NCBI GenBank assembly: GCA_905178155.1
Contig: CAJINV010000005.1
Span: 377,319-441,318 of the forward strand
Reading direction: 5' to 3'
Length of the DNA stretch: 64,000 nucleotides
From: Amoebophrya sp. A120
Lineage: Eukaryota; Protista; Dinoflagellata
Shown here: piece by piece, positions 1 through 12,231 of the stretch
Numbering within the stretch: the first letter of the stretch is position 1
Layout: each line of letters begins with the position of its first letter
Made by a program: the position numbers and the translations under genes
The notes under the pieces: generated by a model
The model's database searches: none
The model's input: the letters and a program-made list of their open reading frames with translations, nothing else
What the model was told of the DNA's origin: nothing

Positions 1-847
1 GGATGCCCCTCGGCGCATCATTTTCGAGTAAGTGACGGAAAGGACTAGACTTATATGGAAAGGGCTAGCAGATCCCTGGTAAGCTAATGCAAGGCGGCAC
101 GACTGGACCCGCATTCGAGGCGGGGGTCGTGCCATGGAAAATTTCTTTCGATCCCACCCACCCACCCGGTGCGCTGTTTCCTCGCGCCCACGCGGCTTTC
201 GTGGTGACAGAGGATTCATTTTGGGAGGGGCCTTGAGGCATCCCAGTAGGCTGTCTCAGCGGTGAGGGACCGAGACGCCCTTGCCCTCTCTCCTCCGATC
301 ACGCCATAGGGCGTGTCGGGTGGTTGGTTCAGATTGATAGGACGATAGGAACGGAGCGAAATCGAACTTAAAACCCGGACCGTAATCAAAATTTTCACAG
401 GAAAATAGTACTTAACTGCCGCGCGTCGGAGGAGGGCGTAGTGCCGAGCCGGGCTCGAAAGCATCAGCGTCATCACTACTTTGCTTTATTTACGACGACC
501 AAAATTGTTGACTCTGATACCACTTCTCTCACCATTGATTATTCATTTTTCAAATCGATTTTCAATACCACTCACACTTTTATTTTCTTTTGTAGCTGAA
601 AAGGAACATTTCCGTCTTCGATTTTACGGGCATTCTTTCATTTTACACTAGCGAATATAAGCAAGTATCCACACACGCGCTGCGCCCATTTCTAGCTAGG
701 GACTAAAGTAGTCGTCTTCTTCTTCATTTTCAACCCGCACGTGCTTGCAGAATTATTCTCAGTCCGCTATGTTACAGTGCTAAGTTTCAAACTTCCCTTT
801 GTGATTTTAGTTTTTTTATTTTTAATACTCAAACAGGCTTCCTGAGT

Positions 848-3043
848 ATGCTGAAACAGATGAAAAGCTTCCTAGTCGCCTGCGGGCGAAAGTTTTTCAT
901 CTTTTTCGAAAAGGACAAAAGCGAAACGGTCTTCTATCAGCAGAATTTCCAAGACGATCCGCAAGAAGCGGGAAGATCTCTAGGGTTCCTCTTTGACGGC
1001 ACTTGGTCACATGAGGCAATGTCGAAGAAGATAGTGCAGGACATGACAAGAGAAGCAAATGTTTGCTTAGGCTTGAAAACGTTGCGCACTACCAAGAAGG
1101 TAGACGTGTTCGAGAGCCTCTGCTATTCCGCCCTTTCCAGTACGGGCTCGCCGCAGTACCCGTACTTTTCCAAAAAAGCAAAAGTCAAAATAGAACATAC
1201 GATAGCTGACAAGCTCAAGATCTTGCTAGGACTTCCAAAACGCGCGCCCTCAACAGCTTTGTTCGAATCCACGGGGTTACTACGACCGCACTTGATGTTT
1301 TTGCGGGAATGTCTGATGATTTTTTATAAAGGTCTAGCTAAGAACTTGTGGGAAGAAGAAGGGGAAATTCTGGAGCAAGAAGAATATGGACTAGCATCAC
1401 AAGTAATGTTCAATCCCCTAGCGGGGGAGCCAATACGGGAAAAATGGACTTCAATTATGCGAACTATCAGTCAAAAAAGACTACCAGATTTGCATAAAGC
1501 ATTGGTGGAGAAACCAATGAAAATAACACGGAGATGCTGGAGAGGGGTGCGAATGACGGTAGCTACAATGGACGACGTTGGGCGACAGTGGGGCTATGAC
1601 AGCCTCACAAAAATAACAAGCGAGGACGAGATCAACAGGACAAGGCGGAGGATTTCCTGGAGACAGGACAAGGAAATACGGGCGAAGCTGCAGGACGCCA
1701 GCCAGCTAGTCATCGCAACAGATGGCAGCGCCAAAGCAGGAGAAGGGCAACGAGGAGGATGCGGGGGCGCTACTTGGTGGGCAAGCAATCTGCATTGCGA
1801 CCATGAGATCAACGAGGACTTTGCGGACTGGTACCCAGTGGAGCCGATCTGCACCAGCACGGCGGTGGTCGAAACACCAATAAAAGACGCACAAGTAGAT
1901 AGTTTTGATGCTGAAACATTCGCCCTGATAAATCAGATAAAAAGCACAGAAGAGCACCTGAAAAAGCACAACACACAGCACCTTATTAAGAAAGTTTCCT
2001 TCTATCTAGATCCTAACAGTGTGCTAGAAGGGCTGGCTAACATGCATGAAAAATCGAACATTATGTTTTTCCGCATAATGAATGCCCTTGAGAGTCTGCG
2101 CGACACATGCATGAAACCGCACTGCAAATTTGGTCACGACGATGCCAACATGCCTGCAATAGCTCCTGAGTCCGAAATTGAGTTTGAATTTATATGGAAT
2201 GCAGGACATAGTGGGCTCTTTTTCAACGACATGGTTGACAGCCTCGCGAATGAGGCAGAAAATAGGCATGAGAAAGCAAAGGCATTAGGGGCGCACACAG
2301 AAGTATACTGCAAGGAGATCACGGCATCAATTCTACGACGGGTACTGACAAAACGCATACAGTACTGGATCGGCGTTACGGAACTTGAGCCAACAAGTGC
2401 GCCGCAGCTGGTGGAGAGAGCACGGGAATTCGGGGCTTTCCGACCAAAAGCAGGAACTTTTCCTACGCGATACCTCGAGCTGTTGCACTTTTATTTGTAC
2501 TCGGGTGTAGTGCCAAGTGGCATACTAGCAGCGGGAGAAGCTAGACACGAGGATGATGATGATAATCCAGAAGTGAAGAAATACTTCCAAAAGTGCTTGC
2601 TTTGTGATGAAGAAACGGAAGGACATGCCACGCATCTGGTCATGGAGTGTCAGTGTCCTGTTGCCGTGGAAGCTAGGCATGAAATTTTTGGCAGTGGGGA
2701 ATTAGCGCTCGATATGCAAAATCAGAAAGACATCTTCAACAAACCACAAAAGATTTTTAAATTTCTACACATAACAAAGAAGAAAAAAAGATTCCTCAAA
2801 AGCTTTGCATGTGAACAAATTGAAACACACCTGGAAAGCATACGACCCAGCATGCAGGGAGACACAAAAACGAAGGCGAAAGTGGACAACACATATGAGG
2901 AACTAGGGTGGAAGTATAGAAGTATTTGTAAGGAAATGCTAGAAGAAACAAACAACAACACTGATACACCAGTAGAAGACGAAATAGATGTACGATACAG
3001 ATTATGTCTAGAAGCTGCAGCTGCAATACATAACAAAAACTAA
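848..3043 (+). mobile_element. Non-LTR retrotransposon (LINE) ORF2 3' part: distal RT/thumb + RNase H + CCHC knuckle; RT catalytic core not seen
   Basis: 731-aa ORF. Distal RT-like segments EKDKSETVF, RSLGFLFDG and LLGLPKRAPSTALFESTGL. RNase H motifs VIATDGS, DAETFAL, FYLDPNSVL and FIWNAGHSGLFFNDMVDSLA. Knuckle CLLCDEETEGHATHLVMEC. No [Y/F]xDD RT motif in the N-terminal part. Confidence 0.8.
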
Positions 3044-4946
3044 ATGCATAGATACAGAGCTTCACATAGAGACTTTCAATAAAAATTTATTTTTTCTTGC
3101 GCGGATAACAATCAACACAGGTGCTCACCAAGTCTGCAGCAACAATACAGAGTTGCGTTTTAATTAAAAAGAACGACCCAGCTGCAAGATGAATATGTTT
3201 AAATGATTAAACCGACGCACTTCGATAATGTGCAAAATAGCATGACAGATTTCATGACCACATCAAAAATTAATCACAGAAAGCGCACTTTTATCCCTAT
3301 TGCAGTACTGACGCTGTTACTTCTCCTGTCTGTTGTGCAACTGAACTTTGCGCAAGGCCGGAAGGAAAGCAAGATCAGAAGGATGGGCCGAGACATCCAC
3401 GCTAAGCTTGAACGGACACAAGCTAACAGCGAGCAGATACGCTAGTACGGATGGTACGCAAAAAGGACTGGAGTACACGGCAGGGGAGATAGCGAGTGCC
3501 TGGAATGCGATAGGAGAGCAGCTGCAGCAAAATGAATATCACGAAGCAGCATCTTCTTAGCTTTTTGAAGGAAAATAACAAATCGTATATTGTAATGCTG
3601 TTGGTTCTCTTTATGATCTCTTTCTCTTTCTCATGATACTGATATGAGTAGTTCTGTCATGCAGCTCGCTGTTTTCAGTTTCCTTTATTTTCGGAATAAC
3701 ATTCTTATGGTGCTCGGGCTATGAGCTTGCGGTAGTTTCATGTATAATTGCGCTATCACTCGAAAATAAGATATAGCTGACTCACATTGGCATTTTTTCC
3801 ATACTCGACGGCTAACATGAATCAAACAAAGAAAGAAAAAACAAGTCAAAAATAAAAACTAAGAGGGTGCTTTTCTGTGTTGGAATACAAGGAGCCGGAG
3901 AGGAGAAAAAGATCACCGCCAGATCATCAACAAGGTGGAGACAGATCCGGGGGGCAACAAGATCAAACTAACAACGCCAGCTGTAGCAGTATGATCAAGA
4001 CTTCTTTTTCAAAATAAGAACAGTCTTCTTTAAAGCAACTCTACAACAATAAAAAGCTTTTTATTTTAAAATAACTACTTGAAGGCTCTCTCAAAGGATC
4101 AAAAGTTGAATTCCGCACGCAAAGCAGGACTTTGAGTCCAACAATTTTGCATGACAGCTCTCGAGCAGAGCATTTTCTGAGACGAGTTTTTGTCTGCACT
4201 TTGTTTTTGGCTTAGCACTAAAGAAGGACATCAAAACCATGCGCCAAGACCTGGATGTGGTTGTGCGTATGGCATCTGCGCATAACCGAACAGGATGGAA
4301 TGGAGTGCGTAGTTTCCTTTTTTTTTAAAGTATCGAAGGAAGGAGGTAGAACAGTGAAGGCTAAACAGTGGAAAAGGTAGAGCGACATTGCCGAAAAACT
4401 TCAACCAGCACCGATGGTCTTAACGAGCTGACTGTTGGCGCTGATTTGCTGTCTCCAATCCCCGTTGCAGTGGGGGGCGGAGTCAGCAGGCAGTGTCATC
4501 CCGGGCGTCCGTTCCCCCGCAGGCGTGAATGTGAGGGACGGTGTAAGGAGAAATACACATCCACACGAAGACCTGGGGGCTGTTTCTCCAGCTGCAACCA
4601 TGCAACCCAGCGAGTACGGATAAGCGGACGCGTGCTAAACGAAAACAAGAGGAGGAACGAAGTCCGAGACGGCAAGAACAGCAGCAGCCACAGCACCAGA
4701 TCTATGCCGTTTTATGACTTCTGCATGCCTTTTGTAAGTAATTTCTATAAAAAAAAAAAAAAAAAATTTTAGTTTTCAATATGTCACTTTACTCCTCTAC
4801 ACGCTTGAAGCGCTTACGCTCTCAGCGGATACATCAAAAAATCGAAGTAAGTACACCGATTTTCTTTTTGGCTTTGAAAGTATAGCACTGCGTCAGCACA
4901 TCTGAACAAGAAAAATATCTGTTTTTTTTTGTGAAGCAGAATTGAA

Positions 4947-7292
4947 ATGTTTTTTCACATGAGAATTTTTTGCGCGGTCGCCACTGGTTTTTTCAGTTTT
5001 TTTTGTGCGGCCGCGACTGTTGGCAGTTCCGGGGTTAGAACCGCACGATCTCGGTCGCGTTCTCCGCATTTCGGACCTGTCGAGCTTGGCGCCGTTCGTG
5101 CTCGTGCCCCTGGTGACGAGGCTGAAATCCCACTGCCGTTCGCTGCAACGTCGGCGACTCTTGCCCGCGGCACGTTCTCCCCGAGCCAGGACCAGAGCAC
5201 GCGATGTGGCGTTCGTTCCGACGTGGTGGTCGGGGACGATCCTCGCCCTCAGCCGTACATCTTCCGCATCCGTGTGTCGCCTATGGGCGACTGGATTGAG
5301 CGGGACAATCACAAGCGCGTGTGGGATCTGCAGGCAGCGTTTCACGAATTAACATGCGTGTGCACCTTGTCGCCTTGTGCTGCTTCGTCCGGAAGAGCAG
5401 GGGACACCACCCCGGGGGGCCGTTCCGTTGCGCCGCCTCAGCCGGGAGGACACCAAGATCCCCCGGCGCGCATGTACAAGCTGTGCTCCAGCCCGCTGGT
5501 GATTGACTGCAAACTGCGGAAGCCCCAAGACGAGTTCATTCCTCCTCCCGGGGATGTGTCGAACCTTGGTTGGAATTGCACTAAAATGTCCCAGTTGCGG
5601 CTGAATAGCACGAGCTCGTCAATTTTCCCCGGCGTTACGCTGGACCGCGTCGCCAAGCTCGGTGTGGACGAGGGAAAGAAGGTGTACACGCTACCGCCAC
5701 GACGTGAAGGTGAGGACACGGATAATGACTCGGAGCCGGCGTCTAGCCCCCAGACGCCCGATCGGGACGAGGAACAAGTAGATTCGGATGATGACCGATC
5801 AGGTTCAGGCGGGCGGCCTAGGTCCGAGCACGCGACGAGCCTGGCCCGCGCCGCAAGGAGAGCCCTGAAGCCAACGCAGGTGGCTTTTCCGCTGTTCTGT
5901 TTCAGTGACAAGTTTTTGAAGCAGAAGCCGTTCCTGGTTTCCGGGCAGCATGGGACGCGACGGATTTATCACGACCAGTTGCGGATATACAAGGAGGCAC
6001 GGTTCTACGAGAAGCACATAAAATTTGAACCTGACTGGATCAACATCAACTTCGTTTCCCGTCTGCGGTTTCCGGATACAACTACAAGCACCAGTGGACG
6101 ACAAGTGCCGTCTAGTACGACGCAAGAGCCCTGCGTGGAAACGTTTGTCGTTTGTGACGGAGATTTTCAACTGCAACGCTACCATCCGGTGGTGTCGCTC
6201 GGAGACCCACAAAGGGCACTACTTAGTACTTCGAGCCAACAAGGCGCCAGTTGTCCGGAGGAGCCGCAAGACGACGGTGCCGACATGGAGCAGCTGATTC
6301 TGCGCTGGCGGCGGTTCACCGTAGACCCGGAGGAGAAAAACGACGAACTCCGGTGGATTAAGGCGGACCTGAGGGTCTTTCTGGAGGATCTGCGTCAGCA
6401 CCAGAATGGGGAACAGAACGGCGGTGCTCCCCCCGTCGACTGCGTCCATCCCGACGCGTGCTTTTTGCACTGCAAGACCGAAACGGTCGTGTATGCCATG
6501 GACGGCTGGAAGGACCTGTACCAGTTGAAGAGCTCCGACAGCGTGGTGGGGCGAACGATCAAAAGCATCTGCCAGGAACAACGGCTAGCTTGTTCCGATG
6601 AAGAATCTGGGTCGAGGACCACGACGGCTGGGGGTTCCACTTCCTCTTCCTCGGGGATGGAGCAATCTACTTGTGAACAACAACAACGACCTGCCGCACC
6701 AGCACGCCCATCGAAGCGCCTGCGCCGTTTCCGGCCCCGGAACAATCGGCTGCACCGCATTCAGACGGAGCCGCCGAGTCCGATCATTTGGAAGAGCTGC
6801 AAGTTTTGCGAGGGGCGGTCGAAGCCCCGTACGAAGACCGCGCGGCGCAGCGCGTTGCACTGGAACGACCCCGAGTTCGTTTCAACGCGGTTTCGGGAAG
6901 AAGCCGCGATCACCGCCCAAGCCACCGCCCGGTTCGATAGTCAAAACATCCGAATGCCGCTCTTGAGGGGCGCGGCTAGTAGAAGCGTGGTGCCCCGTAC
7001 AAACGGTGGAGAAAGTGCCACTTCGTCGCCAGTGCCTGCTGCAGCTGCCCCAAGAACTGCAACTACCGACGGATTATTTGCTGGGTCCGCCGAGCTTGGG
7101 GGCGAAAGGAGCATCAGCAGCGCACCATCAAGAAGTACAACGACCTCCAATAATCGGGACCTGGCACAGCGTCTCTGTAGTATCGACGTGGCTATTATCC
7201 CTGTCGCGTGCGGGACGAGGACGGGAGAGGACCCCGTCCTGGTTTGCCTCATCCCGCTACGGAACACCCTCACGGAGGACGCGCGCGCCTGA
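4947..7292 (+). CDS. Hypothetical protein (781 aa, low-complexity rich)
   Basis: Long uninterrupted ORF with AT-rich flanks; no family recognised; start uncertain. Confidence 0.55.
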   Translation: MFFHMRIFCAVATGFFSFFCAAATVGSSGVRTARSRSRSPHFGPVELGAVRARAPGDEAEIPLPFAATSATLARGTFSPSQDQSTRCGVRSDVVVGDDPRPQPYIFRIRVSPMGDWIERDNHKRVWDLQAAFHELTCVCTLSPCAASSGRAGDTTPGGRSVAPPQPGGHQDPPARMYKLCSSPLVIDCKLRKPQDEFIPPPGDVSNLGWNCTKMSQLRLNSTSSSIFPGVTLDRVAKLGVDEGKKVYTLPPRREGEDTDNDSEPASSPQTPDRDEEQVDSDDDRSGSGGRPRSEHATSLARAARRALKPTQVAFPLFCFSDKFLKQKPFLVSGQHGTRRIYHDQLRIYKEARFYEKHIKFEPDWININFVSRLRFPDTTTSTSGRQVPSSTTQEPCVETFVVCDGDFQLQRYHPVVSLGDPQRALLSTSSQQGASCPEEPQDDGADMEQLILRWRRFTVDPEEKNDELRWIKADLRVFLEDLRQHQNGEQNGGAPPVDCVHPDACFLHCKTETVVYAMDGWKDLYQLKSSDSVVGRTIKSICQEQRLACSDEESGSRTTTAGGSTSSSSGMEQSTCEQQQRPAAPARPSKRLRRFRPRNNRLHRIQTEPPSPIIWKSCKFCEGRSKPRTKTARRSALHWNDPEFVSTRFREEAAITAQATARFDSQNIRMPLLRGAASRSVVPRTNGGESATSSPVPAAAAPRTATTDGLFAGSAELGGERSISSAPSRSTTTSNNRDLAQRLCSIDVAIIPVACGTRTGEDPVLVCLIPLRNTLTEDARA

Positions 7293-8092
7293 TGTACTGC
7301 AGGCGCTACGTCGATTGAAGAACCACTTCAGCAGTTCGCGGACCAGGGGACTGCCACAAGGACCGTTTGAGGTTGCTCCACCAAGATATTTGCGGAATCA
7401 TTTATTGCAGTTCTTGTCAAAACAGTTTTTTTTGCATGCCAAATGAGATAAAAAAAGGTTGCAATCAAAGAAAAAAGTCGGAGGAAAGAGGAACTTGTGC
7501 AAAACCATGATCTAGATGGCACATGTTTTTCGCAAAAGACAAGGAGCTGAGTTCACCTCGAAAAACAGACCTCGTGCTCATCTTTAGTTTTGATTATACC
7601 ATGTCAAAGAATAAAGAATTTGCATATTTTATCAATCACGCCTACTCGCAGAACTGATGTATTTGTGGCCTAGAATTCCTATTGAAAATATTCCCACAAT
7701 TTTCAGATATTTCGGGCAGCATGCACGTCGCAACGACGCACGTGGCTGAACCGCTACTATGGATGCCCTCAACGATGTCGGTGCCACGATGAAAAATCGA
7801 AAAAACAAAAATGTAAAAAACGGGAAAAAAAATGTTGCGGTCTTATTTTCGCGCTCGAAGGCATACCGTTGTACCTATGTATGATGTTCTGAGATTCAAA
7901 CGGTGCGTATATTTTCTGCAGCTTATTATATACCACCTCGACTCGTTTCGCTTTATCTTTTTCCAGTGGCGTGTGACTCTGCTGCCAGAAGTCAATAACC
8001 AGATTTCCTTTTGAAGTGAATAACCAGAGCTATAATTGTAATATCATATTCCAGTAGAACCAGATCCATTTTTAGCATTAGAAAAATAAACC

Positions 8093-10284
8093 ATGAGGTT
8101 CAAGGCTACCTTCGATTACAAGTGCGCCGATTACGTCGGTACCCTGATTGAGAAAACCTTTTGCGACTCCGCTGGCGCAGCGGGGCCCTCGCGGGGGGCC
8201 AACAATAAAAGAAGAAATAACAATGCAGTGGGAGGCAACATCTTCGGCAACAACGATAACACTCCCGCGGTGCAGCAGACGATCATCGTGACGTTTGATC
8301 TCCAGCGGATGATCATCGTCCTCAGCGAGCGCACTGCCAACGACATGTGGAACGTGGAGATGAAGACAGACACGCTTTTTCAAGCCTTCGGGCCGCGGGG
8401 GCAAAAGTTGTATCACTGCGAATCCATGCAGGAAAACACTATCCACCTGTCGATGCCCGTATGCATTGCAAATATTTGTCTGGGTCTGGAAGTAGACTGC
8501 CATATTGTTTGTCATACCTGTCTGACGTGACAGACTAGACGAGACTCTGTGATGGGTGGTGCGCACGAGAAAATCTTGCAGCTTGTCATGCAAAAACGTA
8601 GTTTCCGCATGCCGTGCGGACGAGTACACAACTCAAAGCAGCCCAAAAGCTTATCATGATGCTTGGCTTCGTATCATTGCAACGCGTCGTCCATCATGCG
8701 CTTTCTACCAGTACAGCTTTCGCTTTCCAGAGCCACACATGTCTGCATTTTGGATAGCCCGCAGCGCAGTTCGCGGACGCCCTCAAAAAGCCGAGCAAAG
8801 AGGACGAGATGCAGGTCGTGGAGCTGAAATTGACCAAAGACCCGGATCGGGGCAACAGCCCGGCCCTACTCGTGAAGAAAAAAACGCAGACGTGCGGGGT
8901 CGTAAACACGATGATCCCCTGTTTTGTCGTCCAGGATATCGACCGAGTGCCCACCATTCCCGACGTGGACAACGACGAACTCGTGAAGGTCCACTTTGAG
9001 GCGGTGAAGGAGCTGAACCAGTCGCTGTCCGTGTACCAGAAACTACTTACGAAGTGCGACAAAATCGATTTCTTCGTCGAGAAGGAGCGAAGTTACCAAC
9101 AATTGATCGTCACCGCAATGTATCAAATGCAAAAGTGTCTGGCTCTGGAAGGTTGCAACTTGTCATGCTAAATCTGAATCATGCAAAAGATCTGTGCTGC
9201 ATGATTACCAACAGCCGTCCCTTTTATACCAAGTCGAGCGGGAATTTCTCATGCAGGATAGGCACGATAGACATCTCACAAAATTTGTCATGCTAGGTGC
9301 TGCACTCCAGACCTCATGGGTCATAGAAAACCTGCATGACAAATCTGGCATCCTTCCAGACCCAGACACTTTTGCATTTGATACAATGACGCCGCCCGAC
9401 AGCGATGTGGAAGTGAAGTCGTATTTCAAATTTCCGGTGGTAAACAGCGAAAACCTCGAGTCCGCGCGGGCGGTCTTGTCTTTGAAACGATTCGTGCCGA
9501 TATCCTGAGTAAAAACGTACCCACACCAGAGTTGTAATGCAAATCTGCATGCCAAAAAAGTTTCTCATGCTGAGCCCCATGAAAGGCATTTTCTAATCGT
9601 GTTTTGCGATTTGTGATGCTATAATCAGCATGATATGCTAGACCTGTGATGCTGCTGAACTACCTAAACAGGATTACATTACAAAGACAAACTTGTCATG
9701 CGAAACAGCCAAAGCTGGTTGATTTGTCTAGCAGATTTCCCATCTTGACTCTGGTGTGGGTACGTTTTTGCTCAGGATAGCCGAACCTGAAGAAACTCGC
9801 CCGGGTCAGCGAGGGCTACGGCCTGGAATATTGTAAGGAAAAATCCCCCCTCCCCATATCGAGAAGGTATGTTTCCGAAAATTTGTGTTGCTGATTTGAG
9901 ACCACAAATCACGTCTGTCTTGCAAGAAGGCAAGTGTAGAGGCTTCCGCGCCATTATGGAAGCGCTTTGGCATGCTGTTGCGCCTAGGGGGCAGCCGTTT
10001 GTAATGCTAAGCAACTAGACCCAAACGCCCCGACCTAGGCCGAAGATCTGGCTGCGCTGCCTTACTGCAAGACAAATCGGATTTGTGTACGCAAATCCAG
10101 CATCCGAAGTTTCGTTTTGATATGGGGAGGGGGGATTTTTCCTGTTGATATGGAAAGCATTCTGTTCGCGGTCTGCAACCGGTTTGTCGTGGTGTATGTC
10201 ATGCTTGCCGACAATATAGGGGTGCTCACCTGCTTCAATTTAGGCTGTGCGGACGAGATGATCGGAGGGGCTGCGGGGGGATGA
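8093..10284 (+). CDS. HUS1: Hus1-like 9-1-1 checkpoint clamp subunit, 336 aa; exons 8093-8459, 8762-9120, 9389-9500, 9785-9828, 10156-10284
   Basis: Removing four TIR elements plus one direct repeat each gives a 1011-nt ORF: MRFKATF...LSMPAAQFADALKK...VELKLTKD...NTMIPCFVV...PTIPDVD...FVPNLKKLARVSEGYGLESILFAVCNRFVVVYVML...*. The M(K/R)F(R/K)A start, LKLTK, IP..V and P.IPD motifs and the size resemble Hus1 (recognised by eye). Confidence 0.7.
8460..8756. mobile_element. Introner E1 (TIR family A, degenerate), 297 bp
   Basis: Ends TATGCATTGCAAATATTTGTCTGGGTCTGGAAG ... CTTTCCAGAGCCACACATGTCTGCATTTTGGATA. GCCCG direct repeat at 8455-8459 and 8757-8761. Removal restores the frame. Confidence 0.88.
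9121..9383. mobile_element. Introner E2 (TIR family A), 263 bp
   Basis: TIR TATCAAATGCAAAAGTGTCTGG(C/G)TCTGGAAGG, 31/32 match between ends. CAATG direct repeat at 9116-9120 and 9384-9388. Removal joins LIVTAM to TPPDSD. Confidence 0.95.
9501..9779. mobile_element. Introner E3 (TIR family B), 279 bp
   Basis: TIR TATCCTGAG(T/C)AAAAACGTACCCACACCAGAGT, 31/32 match. GCCGA direct repeat at 9496-9500 and 9780-9784. Confidence 0.95.
9829..10150. mobile_element. Introner E4 (TIR family C), 322 bp
   Basis: TIR TATnnnnAGGAAAAATCCCCCCTCCCCATATC, 28/32 match. TGGAA direct repeat at 9824-9828 and 10151-10155. Confidence 0.93.
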
Positions 10285-10953
10285 TGCTGGAAGCACGGGG
10301 GCGTTTCGGGCCAAGAATAAAGGCTGTTGTGCTACCGACACAGTGTCCTTTGCCAGGAAAGCATAAAGTTAAAGTTATAAGGAGTTCTCGTTGCACTCGC
10401 TGCTCGATTCCGACAACTGTTGGCAAATCTTTCTTCATTCCGTTCGCATCTCACGAACGAGAAGCGAATATAGCATCGTCAGGAGGATCAGTATTTTTGA
10501 AGCAGAAAAAGCGTGTTCGATTGTGCTGTCCCCAGCGGAAGCTGCTGGTAGAGAGTCTGTTGCATGTCAACATGTGCAGGAGCCAGCTTCAATCTCTTAG
10601 ATCGAAAATGTGGAGTGAGCGAGTCAGTATTCGTTTTATAAATATATTGCATTGCGCGACCAGGAGCACGACAGGTAGACCTCAAGCTGAAGGAAATGAG
10701 TGCCACGTGCCTCGTTGTTTTCTTCTATCGATCGAGCGTTGCCTTTGTTTTGATGGTGTCGAGCAGTAGGTGTGCCTGCGTTGCGTCGATGAGATTCTCT
10801 TTTTGAGTGGCTCTGTCAACACATCAGTCGCAAATCGACAAAAAGTTCGTCCAGCAAGGCATTGTAGAAGTAGATCGTAGCAGGACGAGATACGATTACA
10901 ACCCACTGCGTAAGTAGTTTCTTTTCTCCAAATCAAAGCCATATTCGTTGACC

Positions 10954-12231
10954 ATGCTCTTCCGTGCCACGCATCATTATCTGGATCCGGGGGCAGACAG
11001 GGCGCACGCCGCTTCCCTCGACGCCCTGTTCGATTCTTTTCTGCCCCGGCGTGCAACCTCCACGACGTCGTTTCCATCACACAAGAGCTGTCACAGCATG
11101 AAATTTCCGACCTCAAGAACGGTTTTCGCTGCAGCTTCTGAAAAACCACAAGGCATCGACTACGATGACGACGCCGATGACGACGAGACGCTGCCTTCAA
11201 ACGAATCGCTCGACGGGGTCGTTGCCACAGGGGACAAAGACCAAGGTGAACAAAAAAGTGGTGGCATGATAAACAGCCTCGAATCCACCCTGCAGATGAA
11301 GCAGCTGTCTATGGAGGAGGTGAAAGAGCTGATCGCGAGGGAGCACAGCTCCTCGGAGAAAATCGCGAGGATACGGGAAGAAGCGATAACGGGGGACGGT
11401 GGATCTCCGCTGGCACAGAAATTGGAGAAGATCCAGCGCATGTTTCCGTCCGGCTCCGGGATGATGGACATTTTCCCCAACATCGTGAAGGAGGGCAAAC
11501 GGCAGGTCAGCAAGGCGGCGAGCGGGATGAAGAACCTGATGTCTACGGACGGGCTGGCGGAAATGCTGAACTACGTGCAACTGTTTCAAATGAAAACGCA
11601 GCAACCGGAGACGGTGAAGACAAAGATGGACTTGCTTTTGAACCCCTCCATGCAAGAAAACGATGACCGCGGCCCGCAGGACAAGCACATCCGGCCGCCG
11701 GTGCACGTCACGATGGCCCCGGCGTACGAGGACATGTCGTTCGGGGGGCAATTTGCCCGACCGCCGTCGACAGACGAGATCTACGATCTGCCTCCAGTGC
11801 AGTGGGACGTGCCGGTCTACCACTTCAACCCACTGTTGGGCCCATCCTCGACGAGCAACACGCACCCAAGACTCTCCGCAACGCGTGGCTGGCCGGGCAC
11901 ATCCGGCGGGCCGAAGGGGACGTTGATGCCACTACCCGTGGGTTTAAACACGCAAGTGGTGCAGGCGACGGACTACGAGTTGGAACGCCCGGACCCGTTT
12001 ATCCATCGGACGAACCCAAATTACCAGCTCCCGGTCCCGTGGATCGACGCCAGCATGGGGAACCGCAAGCCGGACACCTCCGCGAAGCAAATGCTGGGAG
12101 ACCAGGGCATCGCGGTGGACGGGATTTCCCAGGCGCGGAGCTTGCAAAACCGGAAAATTTACGACCCGGACTACTTTGCCACATCGTTGCTGCGGGAGGC
12201 GCCAGCACCGGAAAGGGCGGCGGAGGCGTAG
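10954..12231 (+). CDS. Hypothetical protein (~425 aa)
   Basis: Long ORF with GC-rich third positions; no family recognised; upstream exons possible. Confidence 0.6.
   Translation: MLFRATHHYLDPGADRAHAASLDALFDSFLPRRATSTTSFPSHKSCHSMKFPTSRTVFAAASEKPQGIDYDDDADDDETLPSNESLDGVVATGDKDQGEQKSGGMINSLESTLQMKQLSMEEVKELIAREHSSSEKIARIREEAITGDGGSPLAQKLEKIQRMFPSGSGMMDIFPNIVKEGKRQVSKAASGMKNLMSTDGLAEMLNYVQLFQMKTQQPETVKTKMDLLLNPSMQENDDRGPQDKHIRPPVHVTMAPAYEDMSFGGQFARPPSTDEIYDLPPVQWDVPVYHFNPLLGPSSTSNTHPRLSATRGWPGTSGGPKGTLMPLPVGLNTQVVQATDYELERPDPFIHRTNPNYQLPVPWIDASMGNRKPDTSAKQMLGDQGIAVDGISQARSLQNRKIYDPDYFATSLLREAPAPERAAEA

Noticed and set aside
481-510. FIYDD as the missing RT catalytic motif of the LINE
   Set aside because: Does not fit [Y/F]xDD, is followed by a stop, and has no recognisable RT context.
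4749-4766. A18 tract as the poly(A) tail of the LINE at 848-3043
   Set aside because: It lies 1.7 kb beyond the ORF and I found no target-site duplication linking the two.
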